A stretch of DNA of 63,341 nt, counting the filler, from Stramenopiles sp. TOSAG23-3 (lineage: Eukaryota): NCBI GenBank assembly GCA_900128585.1. It is 11 parts of 11 records of this genome, joined end to end, with 100 filler letters (N's around TTAATTAATTAA, not from the genome) between each part and the next. Parts side by side here need not be neighbours in the genome. Positions count along the whole stretch, not along the records: positions 1 to 6,716 come from LT643268.1; positions 6,817 to 13,522 come from LT643269.1; 9 more parts are not named here. One strand, written 5' to 3'. The position numbers were made by a program, and so were the translations under genes. The notes beneath the pieces were generated by a model, which saw only the letters and a program-made list of their open reading frames with translations, searched no databases and had not been told where the DNA came from. Numbering within the stretch: the stretch's first letter is position 1; each line of letters opens with the position of its first letter. Shown piece by piece: positions 1 to 12,170 of this stretch.

Positions 1-797
1 GTGTCCTGTCCTTATTTAAACAAGATAAATATAAACGTTATTTACTATTTACTAACATAAAAACGAACAATGTGAATTTACGTAGCAAACAATTTAATAA
101 TTCTAATAAAAAATAAAAGCCTTTTCTAATACATTAATGTAAATATACAAAGGAAACTATAATATCAAGACAGCATCCCTTTCCTTTCACAACCATTCAA
201 TCGCCCTCTATTTTCTCTTCTTCGTCTATGCTATGCTATGCTTTACAAATCATAACACGGTATTAGTACCTAGTAATAATAACCTCAATAGTACATCCAA
301 TAGCATGGGGAACCATGCGCTAACATCATGGCCAATCACCATTTCAATGCTATCTGTATATTAAACCCTAATATTAACATACATAGAATACAATACTATT
401 TCCCTGTATAAAGTTTATACTACTCTCCTTGCTCATTCCTTGATCGTTCATTAAATATTTTAACATACCCATAGGGAGGAAGAAGAGGATTAACATTTTT
501 TAGAATTAGATTTTTAATAATAATTTATTATTTAATATAGAAACACAATGGAAGAAGAAGCAGAAGTGGAACAAAAAAAAAAATAATAATATTATTATAT
601 TATTAAAAAGAAAATATTGTATCGAACGCAGTTGCGCCCGAGTGTCGTCCGAGTGCGGGGTTAACGTACGTTCGAAGGAATCTGATCGGGACAATTGGGA
701 GAGTGCACAAATACAGCAATCTTGTCAACTGATCACAGTTTAATTTTTGTCTTCAAGATATTATTCTATTTTCTCTCTATAAACCAAACGAAACACC

Positions 798-1355
798 ATG
801 GGTATTGATATTGTAGCAGGTGGTCGCAACACCAAGAAAACGCGTTCCGCGCCAGCGAGCGACAACGTATACCAGAAATTGTTGGTGAAGCTATACCGTT
901 TCCTTTCCCGCCGCACAGACTCTAAGTTCAACGGCATTGTTTTGAAACGTTTGTTTATGAGCAGCAACAACAGACCCCCAATGGGACTTGGCCGTGTAGT
1001 ACGTTACATGAAGGGAAAGGAAGGAAAGATTGCAGTTATTGTTGGAAAAATTACCGACGATGCTCGCCTTTTGAAAGTACCAAAGTTGACCGTATGCGCC
1101 CTTACCTTCACCGAAGGTGCCCGCGCCCGCATCCTTAAAGCCGGCGGCGAATGCCTGACCTTTGATCAACTTGCCCTCAGAGAGCCAAAAGGATGCAACA
1201 CTGTGCTTTTGCGTGGCCGATTAAAGGCACGCAAGGCCTACTCCTACTTCGGTATGGGAAAGAAAGGTGCCCACAAGCGCCCACTCGTACGCTCCAAGGG
1301 CCGAAACTTCGAGAAAGCCCGTGGACGTCGTCGTTCCCGTGGGTTCAAGATGTAA
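798..1355 (+). CDS. RPL18: 60S ribosomal protein L18 (eL18)
   Basis: 185 aa; MGID start, [18 protein letters not shown] and C-terminal [18 protein letters not shown] are characteristic of eL18; no introns. Confidence 0.97.
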   Translation: MGIDIVAGGRNTKKTRSAPASDNVYQKLLVKLYRFLSRRTDSKFNGIVLKRLFMSSNNRPPMGLGRVVRYMKGKEGKIAVIVGKITDDARLLKVPKLTVCALTFTEGARARILKAGGECLTFDQLALREPKGCNTVLLRGRLKARKAYSYFGMGKKGAHKRPLVRSKGRNFEKARGRRRSRGFKM

Positions 1356-1687
1356 ATGGTTTCTATGTAGTGCACTTGAAGCGTGTTATATCTTATTTAG
1401 TAAATTACACACATTTTAAAGTAAAAAAGAGTTCGAGTACATGCATCCGATGTAAAACATCACACAAATCTTTCCTTTTCACACACCACCTCCCTTTTTC
1501 TCTTCCCGGGGAATGAACAAAGAATTTAATGCTAATCCCTGCTCTGTGCTCTCCCTCAGTCATTACAGTCTTGTTAATGTATGTATACATAGGAATAAAT
1601 GATGCAGACAATACAGAACACGGGAACAAAAGTACATATTATATTTACATGAAGTGCTGGACTTCTTCAAGCCCCAGCACCCCGCAC

Positions 1688-4216
1688 TCAGCACCTCTCA
1701 AAAATCTTGTACAAGTTCTCCAAAGCGGCCACTTGCAACATCGTCCCGTCGGTGGCGAACTCTCGCCGGGGGGAAAAACGGCTCCGGCAGGTGGGCAGCA
1801 GTTGGTGCTGAACGAACCACCGCAAAGTGCCTTTCTCGTTGGCATGCGCGGCCACGTTGCCCGCGTCGTGAAAGGGCAGCAGGCTGAAGTACCACCCGAG
1901 GCATTGCGCAATGTCCTCGAAGCAAGGCTGCTCGTTCGAAAAATCGACTTTCGTCGCGAGGCGAAGAACGAAGCCGGGCAAGCCCTCTGCCGATGGAGTG
2001 TACCCTGGCAAAAGGTCTGGAAGCCCCGCCAGGCACCCGTCGTCGTTAATGTCGATGGAAAAATAATCTTTCAGCATACTCCGTCGCATCGGCTCCATCA
2101 AACAGTCGAACGCTTTCTTGAGGCGTTCGTCCGTCTCGCTCGATTCCTCCTGCGTCGAGGCGACCATGACCTGTTTCCCGAGCCCGATCCCTATGCCTAA
2201 CAAATTTTTCAACTTTGGGCGATTCGGGACCTCGAGCACGTAGAAGTTTCCAAAGTTCAGGATGGCCGTCTGGTAGAACAGCTCGTCCGCGAGTAGCGAA
2301 TGGTTGAACATGAACATCTTGGTTTGGTACTGCAACAGCGAATAGTCGTCGTCGATGACCCCGACGAAAACGTGCTTGCGCAGCACGGCGACCAGGCCAG
2401 GGTGGCAGTCTAGCTTGATGTCCTCGCGGATGTTCTGTACACTGGTCAGCTCCGCGGGGTCGTCTTCTCCCCCCGGCCGGGCGTACGGGCGCGGGTATTT
2501 GACACGCTGCCGACCGCTCGCACTCTCGCCGCCCCCCTTTCCCGCAGCGCCATTGCGCTCTGCCATCGCCAAGATCCCGGGCGCTGCGGTGATCCTGCTG
2601 TTCGAGGGGGCACGGGTCGGGTCCACCGACCCTTTCTTCACGTTCGTCATTTTGTCACGAGTAAAGAAGGGCTCCAGGCGACCCGCGGGGTTCGAGGCGT
2701 CCGTGCGGTCCAACCGACGAGGGTCGTACGGGGCCGACTTCTTCTTTGGTTTTGCACTGGAAAAGGACACGATCGTTCGGCCAGACCTGTCGACAGAGAG
2801 CTGCAGCTCTTGCTTCGCCTTCTTCTTTGCAGGCTCGGCCGCCGCGCTCTTCCGGGCAAACGCGGACAGGGAGACTTCGAACTGGGACCGACTCTCCGGT
2901 TGGTCCTGGCCGGCTACGGCCGGCTCCGTGTACCCTCCCTTCCGCTTCGATGATGGGGTGTTCGCGTCTTTCGAAGCCACAGAGGACACCATCGCAGACG
3001 AGGATGCGGGCGGCGCTAGGCCATGCATGGGGGCGTGGGTCAACGGCGTGGCGTGAAACACCCTCGACTGGTTCCCGCCGGCCAGCTTCTTGCGGAGTGC
3101 GACGCAGACGTCGCCGACGATCTCGTCAGACCGGCTAAAAATAACCTCCTTCTTCGTCGGGTGCACGTTTACGTCTACTTCCCGGGGCGGAAGCTCCAAG
3201 GATAGGTACACGAACGGTTTCCCGTGCCGGGGCAAGTACTCCGAGTAGACTGCGTTCACGGCGCGCTTCAACGGCCCGTGCTCGACCAATCGATGGTTGA
3301 TGAAGAGTATAAAATTCCCACTCTTGGTGCTCCAGTTTGCGTTCGACACGTACCCCTTTGCCGAAAACACGTATTGTTCGCTCCCTTCCCCAGCGCCCAC
3401 CTCACCTTCCACCGTCTCCTTCGCGCTCGTTGCAAACGACAGTAGCTCTCTCGCCACTTTACTCCCAAATATTGCGCGAATGTTGTCCAGCGACGATGCC
3501 CTCGCGTTCGTGTGCACGTCCGACACGGACTTGCCCTGGGCTTTGCACGAGAACCCCACCCCCGCATCGCCGTAATGCACGGCGTACTTGCTGACCACGT
3601 TCAGGATCTGCCGGTACTCCTCATTGCTGGACTTTAGGGTTCGCAATCGGGTCGGAACGTTGTAAAACAAGTCTTGCACCATGATAGTGGTCCCTTTGAC
3701 CCCCGCACAAGCCTGAGGCCCCGCCCCCCCACCGCCCTTGGCCAGCGGGCGACTGTCTTGGTACTCCACGCGGTACGCACAGTCCGAGTCTTGGGTTTTT
3801 GTAATTATGGTGACCCGCGCCACCATGCTAATGCTGGCGAGGGCTTCTCCGCGGAACCCGTAGGTCGATACCGTCTCCAAATCCTCGAACGACGAGATCT
3901 TACTGGTGGTATGCCGTTCGCAGACGATTCCAAGGTCTTCCTTCCTGATCCCCTTCCCATTGTCCGTAACCTGAAGCAGCTTGACACCGCCACTCTTGCA
4001 AGTGACACTAATGCTGGTCGCCCCCGCGTCCACACTGTTCTCTAACATTTCTTTCAGCGCAGAAGAGGGGTGATGTACAATTTCCCCCGCAGCAATCCGA
4101 TCCACGACCTCCTTTGACAAACGTCGTATCGGAGCCGCCGACTTTAGGATTGCAGAAGCCGACGGCAGCGGTGCTACCTGCGGAGTTGCCTCCTCGGTTT
4201 CAGACGAAGAGGGCAT
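1688..4216 (-). CDS. MLH1: DNA mismatch repair protein MLH1
   Basis: GHKL ATPase motifs (IAAGE, KEMLENSVDAG, DNGKGI, YGFRGEAL), DVNVHPTKKEV and C-terminal LYKIFERC; first ATG at 4216. Confidence 0.96.
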   Translation of the reverse strand: MPSSSETEEATPQVAPLPSASAILKSAAPIRRLSKEVVDRIAAGEIVHHPSSALKEMLENSVDAGATSISVTCKSGGVKLLQVTDNGKGIRKEDLGIVCERHTTSKISSFEDLETVSTYGFRGEALASISMVARVTIITKTQDSDCAYRVEYQDSRPLAKGGGGAGPQACAGVKGTTIMVQDLFYNVPTRLRTLKSSNEEYRQILNVVSKYAVHYGDAGVGFSCKAQGKSVSDVHTNARASSLDNIRAIFGSKVARELLSFATSAKETVEGEVGAGEGSEQYVFSAKGYVSNANWSTKSGNFILFINHRLVEHGPLKRAVNAVYSEYLPRHGKPFVYLSLELPPREVDVNVHPTKKEVIFSRSDEIVGDVCVALRKKLAGGNQSRVFHATPLTHAPMHGLAPPASSSAMVSSVASKDANTPSSKRKGGYTEPAVAGQDQPESRSQFEVSLSAFARKSAAAEPAKKKAKQELQLSVDRSGRTIVSFSSAKPKKKSAPYDPRRLDRTDASNPAGRLEPFFTRDKMTNVKKGSVDPTRAPSNSRITAAPGILAMAERNGAAGKGGGESASGRQRVKYPRPYARPGGEDDPAELTSVQNIREDIKLDCHPGLVAVLRKHVFVGVIDDDYSLLQYQTKMFMFNHSLLADELFYQTAILNFGNFYVLEVPNRPKLKNLLGIGIGLGKQVMVASTQEESSETDERLKKAFDCLMEPMRRSMLKDYFSIDINDDGCLAGLPDLLPGYTPSAEGLPGFVLRLATKVDFSNEQPCFEDIAQCLGWYFSLLPFHDAGNVAAHANEKGTLRWFVQHQLLPTCRSRFSPRREFATDGTMLQVAALENLYKIFERC

Positions 4217-4876
4217 AATCGCACACGGTCTAATAACGGATCTTCTGTCGTGTGATGGCTTGTCGCTGAAACTTACTAACAAATCTACAATCGACTAAAA
4301 TATAACAATCTTCTTAATTTAAATAAAGTAATGAGAACAAGGGAAACGTTCCTTGTCGGAGTGAGATACATTATATTGATTTTTAAATGAAATTAAAAAT
4401 GTGTAATAAAAGAGAGTAGAAGAAAGAATTTTTTATAATAATTCAATTTTATTTTTTCAACTAATTATTAACAGCTGATTAGCTTGACGACTTGACTAAT
4501 AATTATACAGTTCGTACCGTAGTTGTTCTCAAAACAGCTCTACTATTAGACTATAGTGTGATTATGCGCACTTTACTTAATTTTTATTTATTATTATTTT
4601 ATTTTCAAATTAAAATATTTTATAACACTGTAGAAGCAGCAGCTGTATAATAAATATTATTTGAGGAATATAATTAATAAAAAAATAATAAATACATTTC
4701 GTCTGTAAACTATGATGGGTACAGGTATTAAGTATTATTTCCAATTATAGTACACAAGAAGTACTACGAATAAAACCTAAATTATCTTAAATTCAGTAGG
4801 AATAATCAAAAACAAAATTTGTACGAAGTATTCGAGCATTTTTCATATTTTACAAATGATCGAATGAAACGGTTCT

Positions 4877-6376
4877 TTAGCAAGGGACGGCCGTCTTCTT
4901 CGACTTCTTTTTGACCCTGCTAACACTTTTGTCGCGATGACCAACGCTTTGACGGATGTTCCCCGTTTTCACATTACTACTACCCGGGGAGGACGAGGAG
5001 GCGGAAGAAGAGGGAGAGAAGAGGGACGAAAGAGAATTCAATATTGAATTGCCCCACCCAGGCTGCGCCACGGTCCTGCTGCTCGCCGCGCTGCTGCTTG
5101 GGACCGTTCCTTTCCCACCAAACTGGGATGCAAATTCTTCGTGCCGTTGAAGCTCTTCGTAAGTGACGCTGCGTTTCGACTTCTTCAAGGCCTCCTCAAA
5201 ATCACTTCGGGAAATCGTCGGGTTCGCTATTTTCTCTGGATCAATCGCCCAGACGTTCATTTTTGTTCCGCGAGGGTCCCAGCTGGAGCATGGGACCAAG
5301 CCGCCCCCCGCACTCCTAAAGTATTCACTGCTTAAAATTTTGCGTACAGGCACCATGAGCGCCTCTTGTACCACCAAACTAATGTCTGCCCCAGAGTACC
5401 CGCCCAGCCGATCGGCAACGCGCACGATGTCGTTCTCTGTCAAAGAGGAGGGTTCGTTCTCGATTCCATGCTTGATCATTTCCACCCTCGCAGCGGCGTC
5501 GGGCAACGGAACGAGTATCCTTTTCTCAAACCGCCTGCGCAGGGCGGAGTCAATCTCCCACGGGGTGTTTGTAGCCCCGACAAGTACAACACCCGTGTTA
5601 TCCGTCCCGACGCCGTCCAGCTGCCGCATCAGCTCTGTTTTCACACGGCGGCTGGACTCCGTCTCCTTGCCCCCAACCGTGCCTGCCCTGTTCCGACCGA
5701 TCGAATCCACCTCGTCGACAAAAATAACGCACGGGGCCTGCGCCCTTGCTTCCTCGAACAAGCGCTTTATCGCCTTTTCGCTCTCTCCTTGATACTTCCC
5801 AAAAATATCGCTCGCCGATACAGACACGAAGCTGCTATTTGACTCGTTCGCCAACGCTTTCGCAAGCACCGTTTTGCCGGTCCCTGGTGGACCGTAGAGG
5901 AGGATCCCTTTGAACGGTTTTCGTGCGTGGGTAAAGACTTGCGGCTGCGTCACCGGCAGTATAACGCTCTCGTACAGTGCCATCTTGGCATAGCCGCAGC
6001 CCTTCACATCCGTAAACATTAAACCATCTGCCCCCCCAAGTGACTGTTTCCTACCAGCAGGCCCATCGTTTCTGGTCGAACGCTTGCCAAGGACGGCCTT
6101 GGACGCTATGTCCGTCCTATTCTTGGCCGTCGCCGCCAAGACTTTTACCCTGTCGGCGCGCTCCAAATATTTCTTACAGGACATGTACTTTTCGTTTCGC
6201 CTCAGAACGTTTCGGTCCCTCTGGTACCCAGCAACAATATACTCCGCCGTCCTTATGTAACGTCGGAGCGCCCTTTCAAACTGCCGGTTCTCGTCATGGG
6301 TTATCGCGAGTTCTAGTTCAATCGTAGATTTTTTGTAAAACGCATCAGCGACGTCCCCCCCAAGTCGGCGCGCCAT
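4877..6376 (-). CDS. VPS4-like AAA ATPase (MIT + AAA + Vps4_C), divergent, with Ser-rich/basic tail
   Basis: N-terminal MIT-like helices, Walker A GPPGTGKT, Walker B FVDE, ATNTPWEIDSALRRRFEKRI, beta-domain PCS..DP. Confidence 0.85.
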   Translation of the reverse strand: MARRLGGDVADAFYKKSTIELELAITHDENRQFERALRRYIRTAEYIVAGYQRDRNVLRRNEKYMSCKKYLERADRVKVLAATAKNRTDIASKAVLGKRSTRNDGPAGRKQSLGGADGLMFTDVKGCGYAKMALYESVILPVTQPQVFTHARKPFKGILLYGPPGTGKTVLAKALANESNSSFVSVSASDIFGKYQGESEKAIKRLFEEARAQAPCVIFVDEVDSIGRNRAGTVGGKETESSRRVKTELMRQLDGVGTDNTGVVLVGATNTPWEIDSALRRRFEKRILVPLPDAAARVEMIKHGIENEPSSLTENDIVRVADRLGGYSGADISLVVQEALMVPVRKILSSEYFRSAGGGLVPCSSWDPRGTKMNVWAIDPEKIANPTISRSDFEEALKKSKRSVTYEELQRHEEFASQFGGKGTVPSSSAASSRTVAQPGWGNSILNSLSSLFSPSSSASSSSPGSSNVKTGNIRQSVGHRDKSVSRVKKKSKKTAVPC

Positions 6377-6636
6377 GCACTAAAACCTCTTTCTGTAGAT
6401 TCCTGCACCCAACCCACGAATCGTTTTGGACCGTACCTTTAAATAAGTTCAATAAACGGTAAATTGATCCTTTCCTTTCTAAAAGGTGAAAATTTCGATC
6501 TGCATTTTGTACATAAATGTACAACAACTCTTCTTTCTTCTCCATTGGCAAAGCAATTCAGATTACAATTGATGATGTGATGAAGAAGAATTAAATAATA
6601 TAATAATAATTTTATTATTTTTTAGTAGTAGTGTTT

Positions 6637-6716
6637 CTCTTCTTCTTCTTCTTCTTCTTCTTCTTCTTCTTCTTCTTCTTCTTCTTCTTCTTTCTTCTTC
6701 TTCTTCTTCTTCTTCT
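6637..6716. repeat. (CTT)n microsatellite at contig end
   Basis: Direct reading. Confidence 0.9.
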
Positions 6717-6816
6717 NNNNNNNNNNNNNNNNNNNNNNNNNNNNNNNNNNNNNNNNNNNNTTAATTAATTAANNNNNNNNNNNNNNNNNNNNNNNNNNNN
6801 NNNNNNNNNNNNNNNN
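6717..6816. other. Artificial contig linker N44-TTAATTAATTAA-N44 (recurs at 13523, 20329, 27126, 33908, 40689, 47458, 54216, 60972, 62157)
   Basis: Identical 100-nt spacer with stops in all six frames; flanking contigs decrease in length (6706, 6706, 6697, 6682, 6681, 6669, 6658, 6656). Confidence 0.98.
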
Positions 6817-7485
6817 AGAGCCCAATCACTACGAGCTGTTACTTCTTTAGTGTTCGAGAAAGCCTTAAGCCAAAATAATAACTAGAAAAATAAGTATAGA
6901 TTTTTGCGCTTTCGTTGTTAATCTATATGAGTTTAAATGTTACGTGTGTACTTTTGCATTATTTCTTCACTTTCCACCACACGATTAGCTTTCATTGCAA
7001 AAGTATAAAGAAAGTACTTTTTCCGAGTGTACCTAGATTCTTTGTATGTGTGTTCTTTGTCTGCCTGCGCGTAGTAATATGTTCTTTATATTTTTATTTA
7101 TTTTTATTTTAATATAAATAATAAATTATATCCAATTACCATCTTCTACTACAGAATAATAATATAAATAATTCATATTTCTTCCCTCTTTTTTATTAAA
7201 ATAATAAAATAATAATTAACAAAATTGTTGAGATACGGTATAAAGGAATAATTATTCTCTTTAAGGAATATAGAAAAAATATCCTATTTCTTATTTCATT
7301 CTACTTCTTATATAATAATAATACAATGGAATATAAAATACACACTAAACTATGTATAATAAATATCCTAAAATATATAAAAAGTAACGAAGTGATCTCT
7401 TCTTAACTCATATATTAAAATAAATAACAGAGTTAATATACATAGAAATAGTATTAAGAGGAAATCGAAGAGAAATACATCCAAC

Positions 7486-7652
7486 GGTCTGGTCTGGTCT
7501 GGTCTGGTCTGGTCTGTTCTGGTCTGTTGGTCTGTTCTGTTCTGGTCCCTTTTCCTTTTCCTTTTCCTTTTCCTTTTCCTTTTCCTTTTCCTTTTCCTTT
7601 TCCTTTTCCTTTTCCTTTTCCTTTTCTTTCCTTTTCCTTTTCCTTTTCCTTT
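7486..7652. repeat. (GGTCT)n followed by (CTTTTC)n microsatellites
   Basis: Direct reading. Confidence 0.9.
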
Positions 7653-8531
7653 TGATAAATCTAATCACTATTCCTGAAAATCCATACTTATCTTTATGTT
7701 ATTAGTATACGTATATAGGAGTAGTAATAGATAAAATAATTTAAATATTAAGACTACTATTATATTATAGTTAAAATAGGCAAGATGAATAGGTATAATG
7801 TATAATATTTAATTATACTTAAAAACAACTACGAACGAAATCTTCCAATTTTTAAAGTCCCTCCTCCTCCTCCTATTTATTCTACCTGCGTAGTTACTGC
7901 TGCCTGCTGAATAAATGAAAGATAAATAAAGAACAAGAAAGAAGCTAGAGAAGAGAAGAGAATAATAGAAAGAAGAAGAAGAAATAATAATTATAATTTA
8001 TATATTTCAAATTCAATAATAAAATAATAATAATAAAATACTATAATAATGTCCATAAAGAATAGAAAAAAGAAGAAGAAAGAAGAAGAAAGAAAGAAAG
8101 AAGAAAGAAAGAAGAAGGAATTTAGTTATTATGATTAGTCTAATAATACGTCGTGTGTCGTGTATGATTAATTATAAATACTAGTAAAAGTAGATTTGAC
8201 AAGAAGAAGATGACTTTCAATTATTGATCACTTCATCAGAGATACCGAAAGGAAGGGTATTTATAATTCAACACTGAGAATGAAAACATTTTGAAAGAGG
8301 GTACAGAGTGTATTTACATAATGTTTTAAATAATAGTTGGAGATAGAGAGGAGATAGAACGAAAAGAAGAGGGTTTTTTTTATTTCAACCACTTACTCCG
8401 TTGTATTTGAGTCACTTACTTTACTCACGCACAGCCGAACCGAACGAACGGACGATTTGAAACTTTGCCAGTGTATGAGTTGTATCAATAATCGGTCTTC
8501 TACAACAGTACCGCCACAGTCGAAACGCAGC

Positions 8532-10032
8532 ATGTCTAGCAAAACAGTACGTTATCCCCCCCTCCCCCTTTCCCTCTCGACCGTCGCTAACTTTCCGTCC
8601 CTTCTTTTAGATGATCATACGAGTCCGTGGGCCCACGGGAATGTGGAGAATCTCTGGCCTTACGGGAAAGAGTTCCGTCAAGGACATACAGACCCAAATA
8701 GAAGCGAACCACGGGGTTGCCACCAAGGACCAATCCCTGTTTATGGACCCAGGGAACGCGAAGAAGATGAACCCGGGCGACCGCCTTTCAAAGCTCAAAC
8801 TGAAGCACGGGGACATCGTGTACCTGAAGTTCGTGTCGGAGGCGGCCAGCACGTCCGTGCTCGCAAAGGCCGCCCCCACCGCCCGCAAAGCCATTGCGGA
8901 GGACGGGAGCATTGTGGTCAAGGCCGAAACGGTGTCGGAGAAGAACGCGGTCCGCCCCGGGCTGGGGTCCCTTCGAAGCAGAAAGCTCCACTGGACCATG
9001 GACGAGCTGATGCAGCTGGAGTCGAACTACACTTTCAGGATCAAACGCCAGACCAAGGCGGTCTGCAACGGGGTCTCGATGGACATGGCCTCTGCGGGGG
9101 ACTTTCAAATGTTCTGCCAGCAGCAGCAGTTCCAAGTCTACCGTGGGGCATGGATGTACGGAAAGTACGTCAAGATGCTCCCGGACTCCAAGTTGAAGGA
9201 GGAGGACGCCAAAGCGGCGTACGACTCGAGGGGTAGGAAGCTGAAGGTCAAGGCGAAGCGGGTGCAGGAGGGGGAGAACGAGGAGACCCAGGTGCGCGTG
9301 GAGTGTTTGTACGAGCCGCCTCAGCAAGGGACCGCCGACAACCTGACGCTCCTGGAAGACCCGAACGAGGACTATGTCGAGAGCACGGCCAAGATGCTAG
9401 GGCTGGAGCGCGTCGGGTTTATTTTTTCCCACCCTAAGCGCAAGGCGGAGGGGAAGTTTCACTTTCAGTCGAACGAGGTCCTTCTGGCCGCCGAGAACCA
9501 GCTGTTGGCCGGCGACGAGAAGATGGAGAGCCCGTTCGTGACGGTCAAGGTCTTCCGGGACGACGACGGCAACGTGGCCTTTGAAGGGTACCAAATGTCG
9601 AAGCAGTGCCTGGAGATGGTGGCAGAGGGGGCCATAACCCACGACCCGCGGGAAGTCCGGGGATGCCTGGTCAGCGATGCGTTTAGCGCCCTGGTCGAAG
9701 CGAAAGAAGTGGACATGGTCGACAATGATTTTTTCCTTTGTAACGTTCCGATAATGCAGCATAGTTCCAACTTGAAGGTCGGGTTGACGCAGGCGAATCG
9801 GCCCACGGGCCACCAGTGGATGAACCAGCCGAGCAGCGTCCTGTCGACGTACCTGCGCGGCAAGCAGAGCGTGGACACAATCTCCCGCTTTTCAGACTTT
9901 CAGGTCTTGCTCATGCTTGGAAAAGTGCTGGACAAGTCGTCCACCCTGTCGGTGTGCGCGAGCATCGTCGACCGCTCCATCCCGCTCGAGGAGGGGCATA
10001 AAGTGATTTTAGATAGTTTGTCGGGTATGTAA
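8532..10032 (+). CDS. NPL4: NPL4 (Cdc48/p97 cofactor); exon 8532-8546, intron 8547-8610, exon 8611-10032
   Basis: UBL N-terminus (MIIRVRGPTGMWRI, KLKHGDIVYL), YEPPQQG and LGLERVGFIFSH of the MPN-like NPL4 domain; phase-0 intron GTACGT...GCTAAC...TTTTAG. Confidence 0.9.
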
Positions 10033-10538
10033 AGAAGCCGGGGCGAGACGGTCGCACCCTCCAGGCGTGTACGAAAGGGAAGGACCAGCAAATCCAAAGA
10101 AGGCGCGGGTCTCAAGCTCTATATTATGCAGTTAAGTGCGGTCTAATATTCGAAGTATAATAAAAAAAACAAAATATAATAATATTTTACTTAAATAACA
10201 GCCAATTTTCTTGTTTTTATACACAACAAGAAAAATTGGCTGTTTTATTTAAAGTTTAATGTATCATACTGCGAACTGAATATTTACTTTGTAAAAAAAA
10301 TATTTATTGTGTTTCAGATTCTTAGCTTTTATTTCAGTTCGCAGTACATTAATGTCTTAAAACATCCTATATATTAATTAGTTTTTTTTTTTAATTTTAA
10401 TTACTTTTTAAAACATCAGCCAATTTTCTTGTTTTTAATGCTTTACGAAGGGGTGGCGTAACCTTTTCACGAATTGTTAAGGCCCTACAGCACGCAAACG
10501 TTCGCCCGTGCAGTCCGGTATATAAACTCCTTCTCCAA

Positions 10539-11381
10539 CTAGTCGCTGACTCCATTCCCGTTCAGCAACGGTTTTAGGATAATCAGAAACCCAACTAACA
10601 CTCCGATAAACGTCCCAAAATTTACCAAGTCTTGGTGGTCTAGCTTCCCCACGGGCACTGGGACGAGGACGGGGCGTCCTGGCTTGAACGATAGGGGTGT
10701 CCACTGGCCCTGCCCTTTGGACTGCCCCTTGGTCCCTTCGCAAGCAATGTATACCTTCAGCGGGGGGTAAATCGGCGCGTCCGAGTACCCGTCCGCATCT
10801 TCGTCCCTTGACGGAGACTGGTAGCGCACGTGCACGGGAAAGCGAAAAGAGGCACGGATCGACCCAACCCCACCACCGGCAGCATCGGACACCAAGCTGA
10901 CGTGGTCTCGGTGCGTCTTGATCCCGAGCCTGTGCTCCGCCGACACTTCCGCCGGCTTTTCTACGTCAATGAAATGTTCGAAAGAGAAATACGTCACCCC
11001 GCCAAATGGTTCGTGCATCGTAAGTTCGTCTAAATCATAGTACACGTCCTTGGAAATTCGTTCAACCATCATAACCTCACACCGGGATATGCCCTTTGCT
11101 TCGACGCCGTCCTGAAGCTTAGCGTTTACGGAGGTCACCGCTGTCCGGTGGAAACCAAGTCCTTCGACGGTCCTTTCGACCGTCACGTCGGACCATTTCA
11201 GCCCACCTACTGCTCGAAACGACGGGGGAAAGCTCGATTCAAACGATTCCTCTTGAACACCCAACGACGGAGGAGGATTGCGGTCCCCCCTTCTTTCCGG
11301 TTCTGGAAGAGAAAGGCCACACGTGCTACCAAACAAAGCCAGCAATAGCAGAGCCGACGGCAGCGGTATAGAAAAAGCCAT
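10539..11381 (-). CDS. PIGX: GPI mannosyltransferase I subunit PIG-X/PBN1-like
   Basis: Signal peptide, GLGFHR, IDVEKPA, PVHVRYQSP, VPVG and one C-terminal TM helix. Confidence 0.8.
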   Translation of the reverse strand: MAFSIPLPSALLLLALFGSTCGLSLPEPERRGDRNPPPSLGVQEESFESSFPPSFRAVGGLKWSDVTVERTVEGLGFHRTAVTSVNAKLQDGVEAKGISRCEVMMVERISKDVYYDLDELTMHEPFGGVTYFSFEHFIDVEKPAEVSAEHRLGIKTHRDHVSLVSDAAGGGVGSIRASFRFPVHVRYQSPSRDEDADGYSDAPIYPPLKVYIACEGTKGQSKGQGQWTPLSFKPGRPVLVPVPVGKLDHQDLVNFGTFIGVLVGFLIILKPLLNGNGVSD

Positions 11382-12170
11382 GTGCACCCTTCGTTTCTAA
11401 GATTGGTCCGTACAACAAACGTGAACTTTGCCCCTCAAATTCGATTACAAAGAGGAGCGAGGGACTAATTTTTTGTGGGAGTCTATCGTTTGTATATGCT
11501 ACTTTCAATGGAATGGGGTTGAAGAACCCGTTGTAGATTTATATAAATAAAGAGTAAAGTTGCAGAGTGAAATATAACTTTGGAGAGTTGAAATTGAAAA
11601 CAAACTTTGATATATTTCATCATTATTATTATTAGTCGTCGTCTAAACTATTCTTTATTATTTTTGTTGTTGTTGTTGTTGTTTTTGAGGAGCCTCTTCT
11701 TCTTCTTTCTTTCTTTCTTTCTTCTTAATTCAATATAAATTACTTCTGCCTCTCTCTCTCTTCTTCTTCTCTTCTCTATACATTCTGCTGTGCTTTTTAT
11801 TATATTATAATACAATCAGATGATGAATAATACATTATTATTACGTCTACGTATTCATCTGATTGATGGATATGATGCTCTGATGATTTGTTTGTTGTTG
11901 TTGTTGTTGTTGTGAAGAAGAATGGATTAATTATTATTTATTATCTTTCTTCTGAAAGAATTTTAAGATAGGAGTACGAGTATTGCGAAGGTTGTTGTGC
12001 TAAACTATACTCGCTGGGTTTATTAGTTATATATATAGCTTAATGTTTAAAATCGATTCAGGTTTTGTCAATTTCAAAGAAGGGAATGCTGTTATCAAGG
12101 TGTGCGTACCCTTGCTTATAATTCTTGAAATTATTACCGTACGTGCCATTCATTTCTCCCTCTCCCTTTC

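Noticed and set aside
7408-7668. KE-repeat ORF
   Set aside because: Translation of a (CTTTTC)n microsatellite
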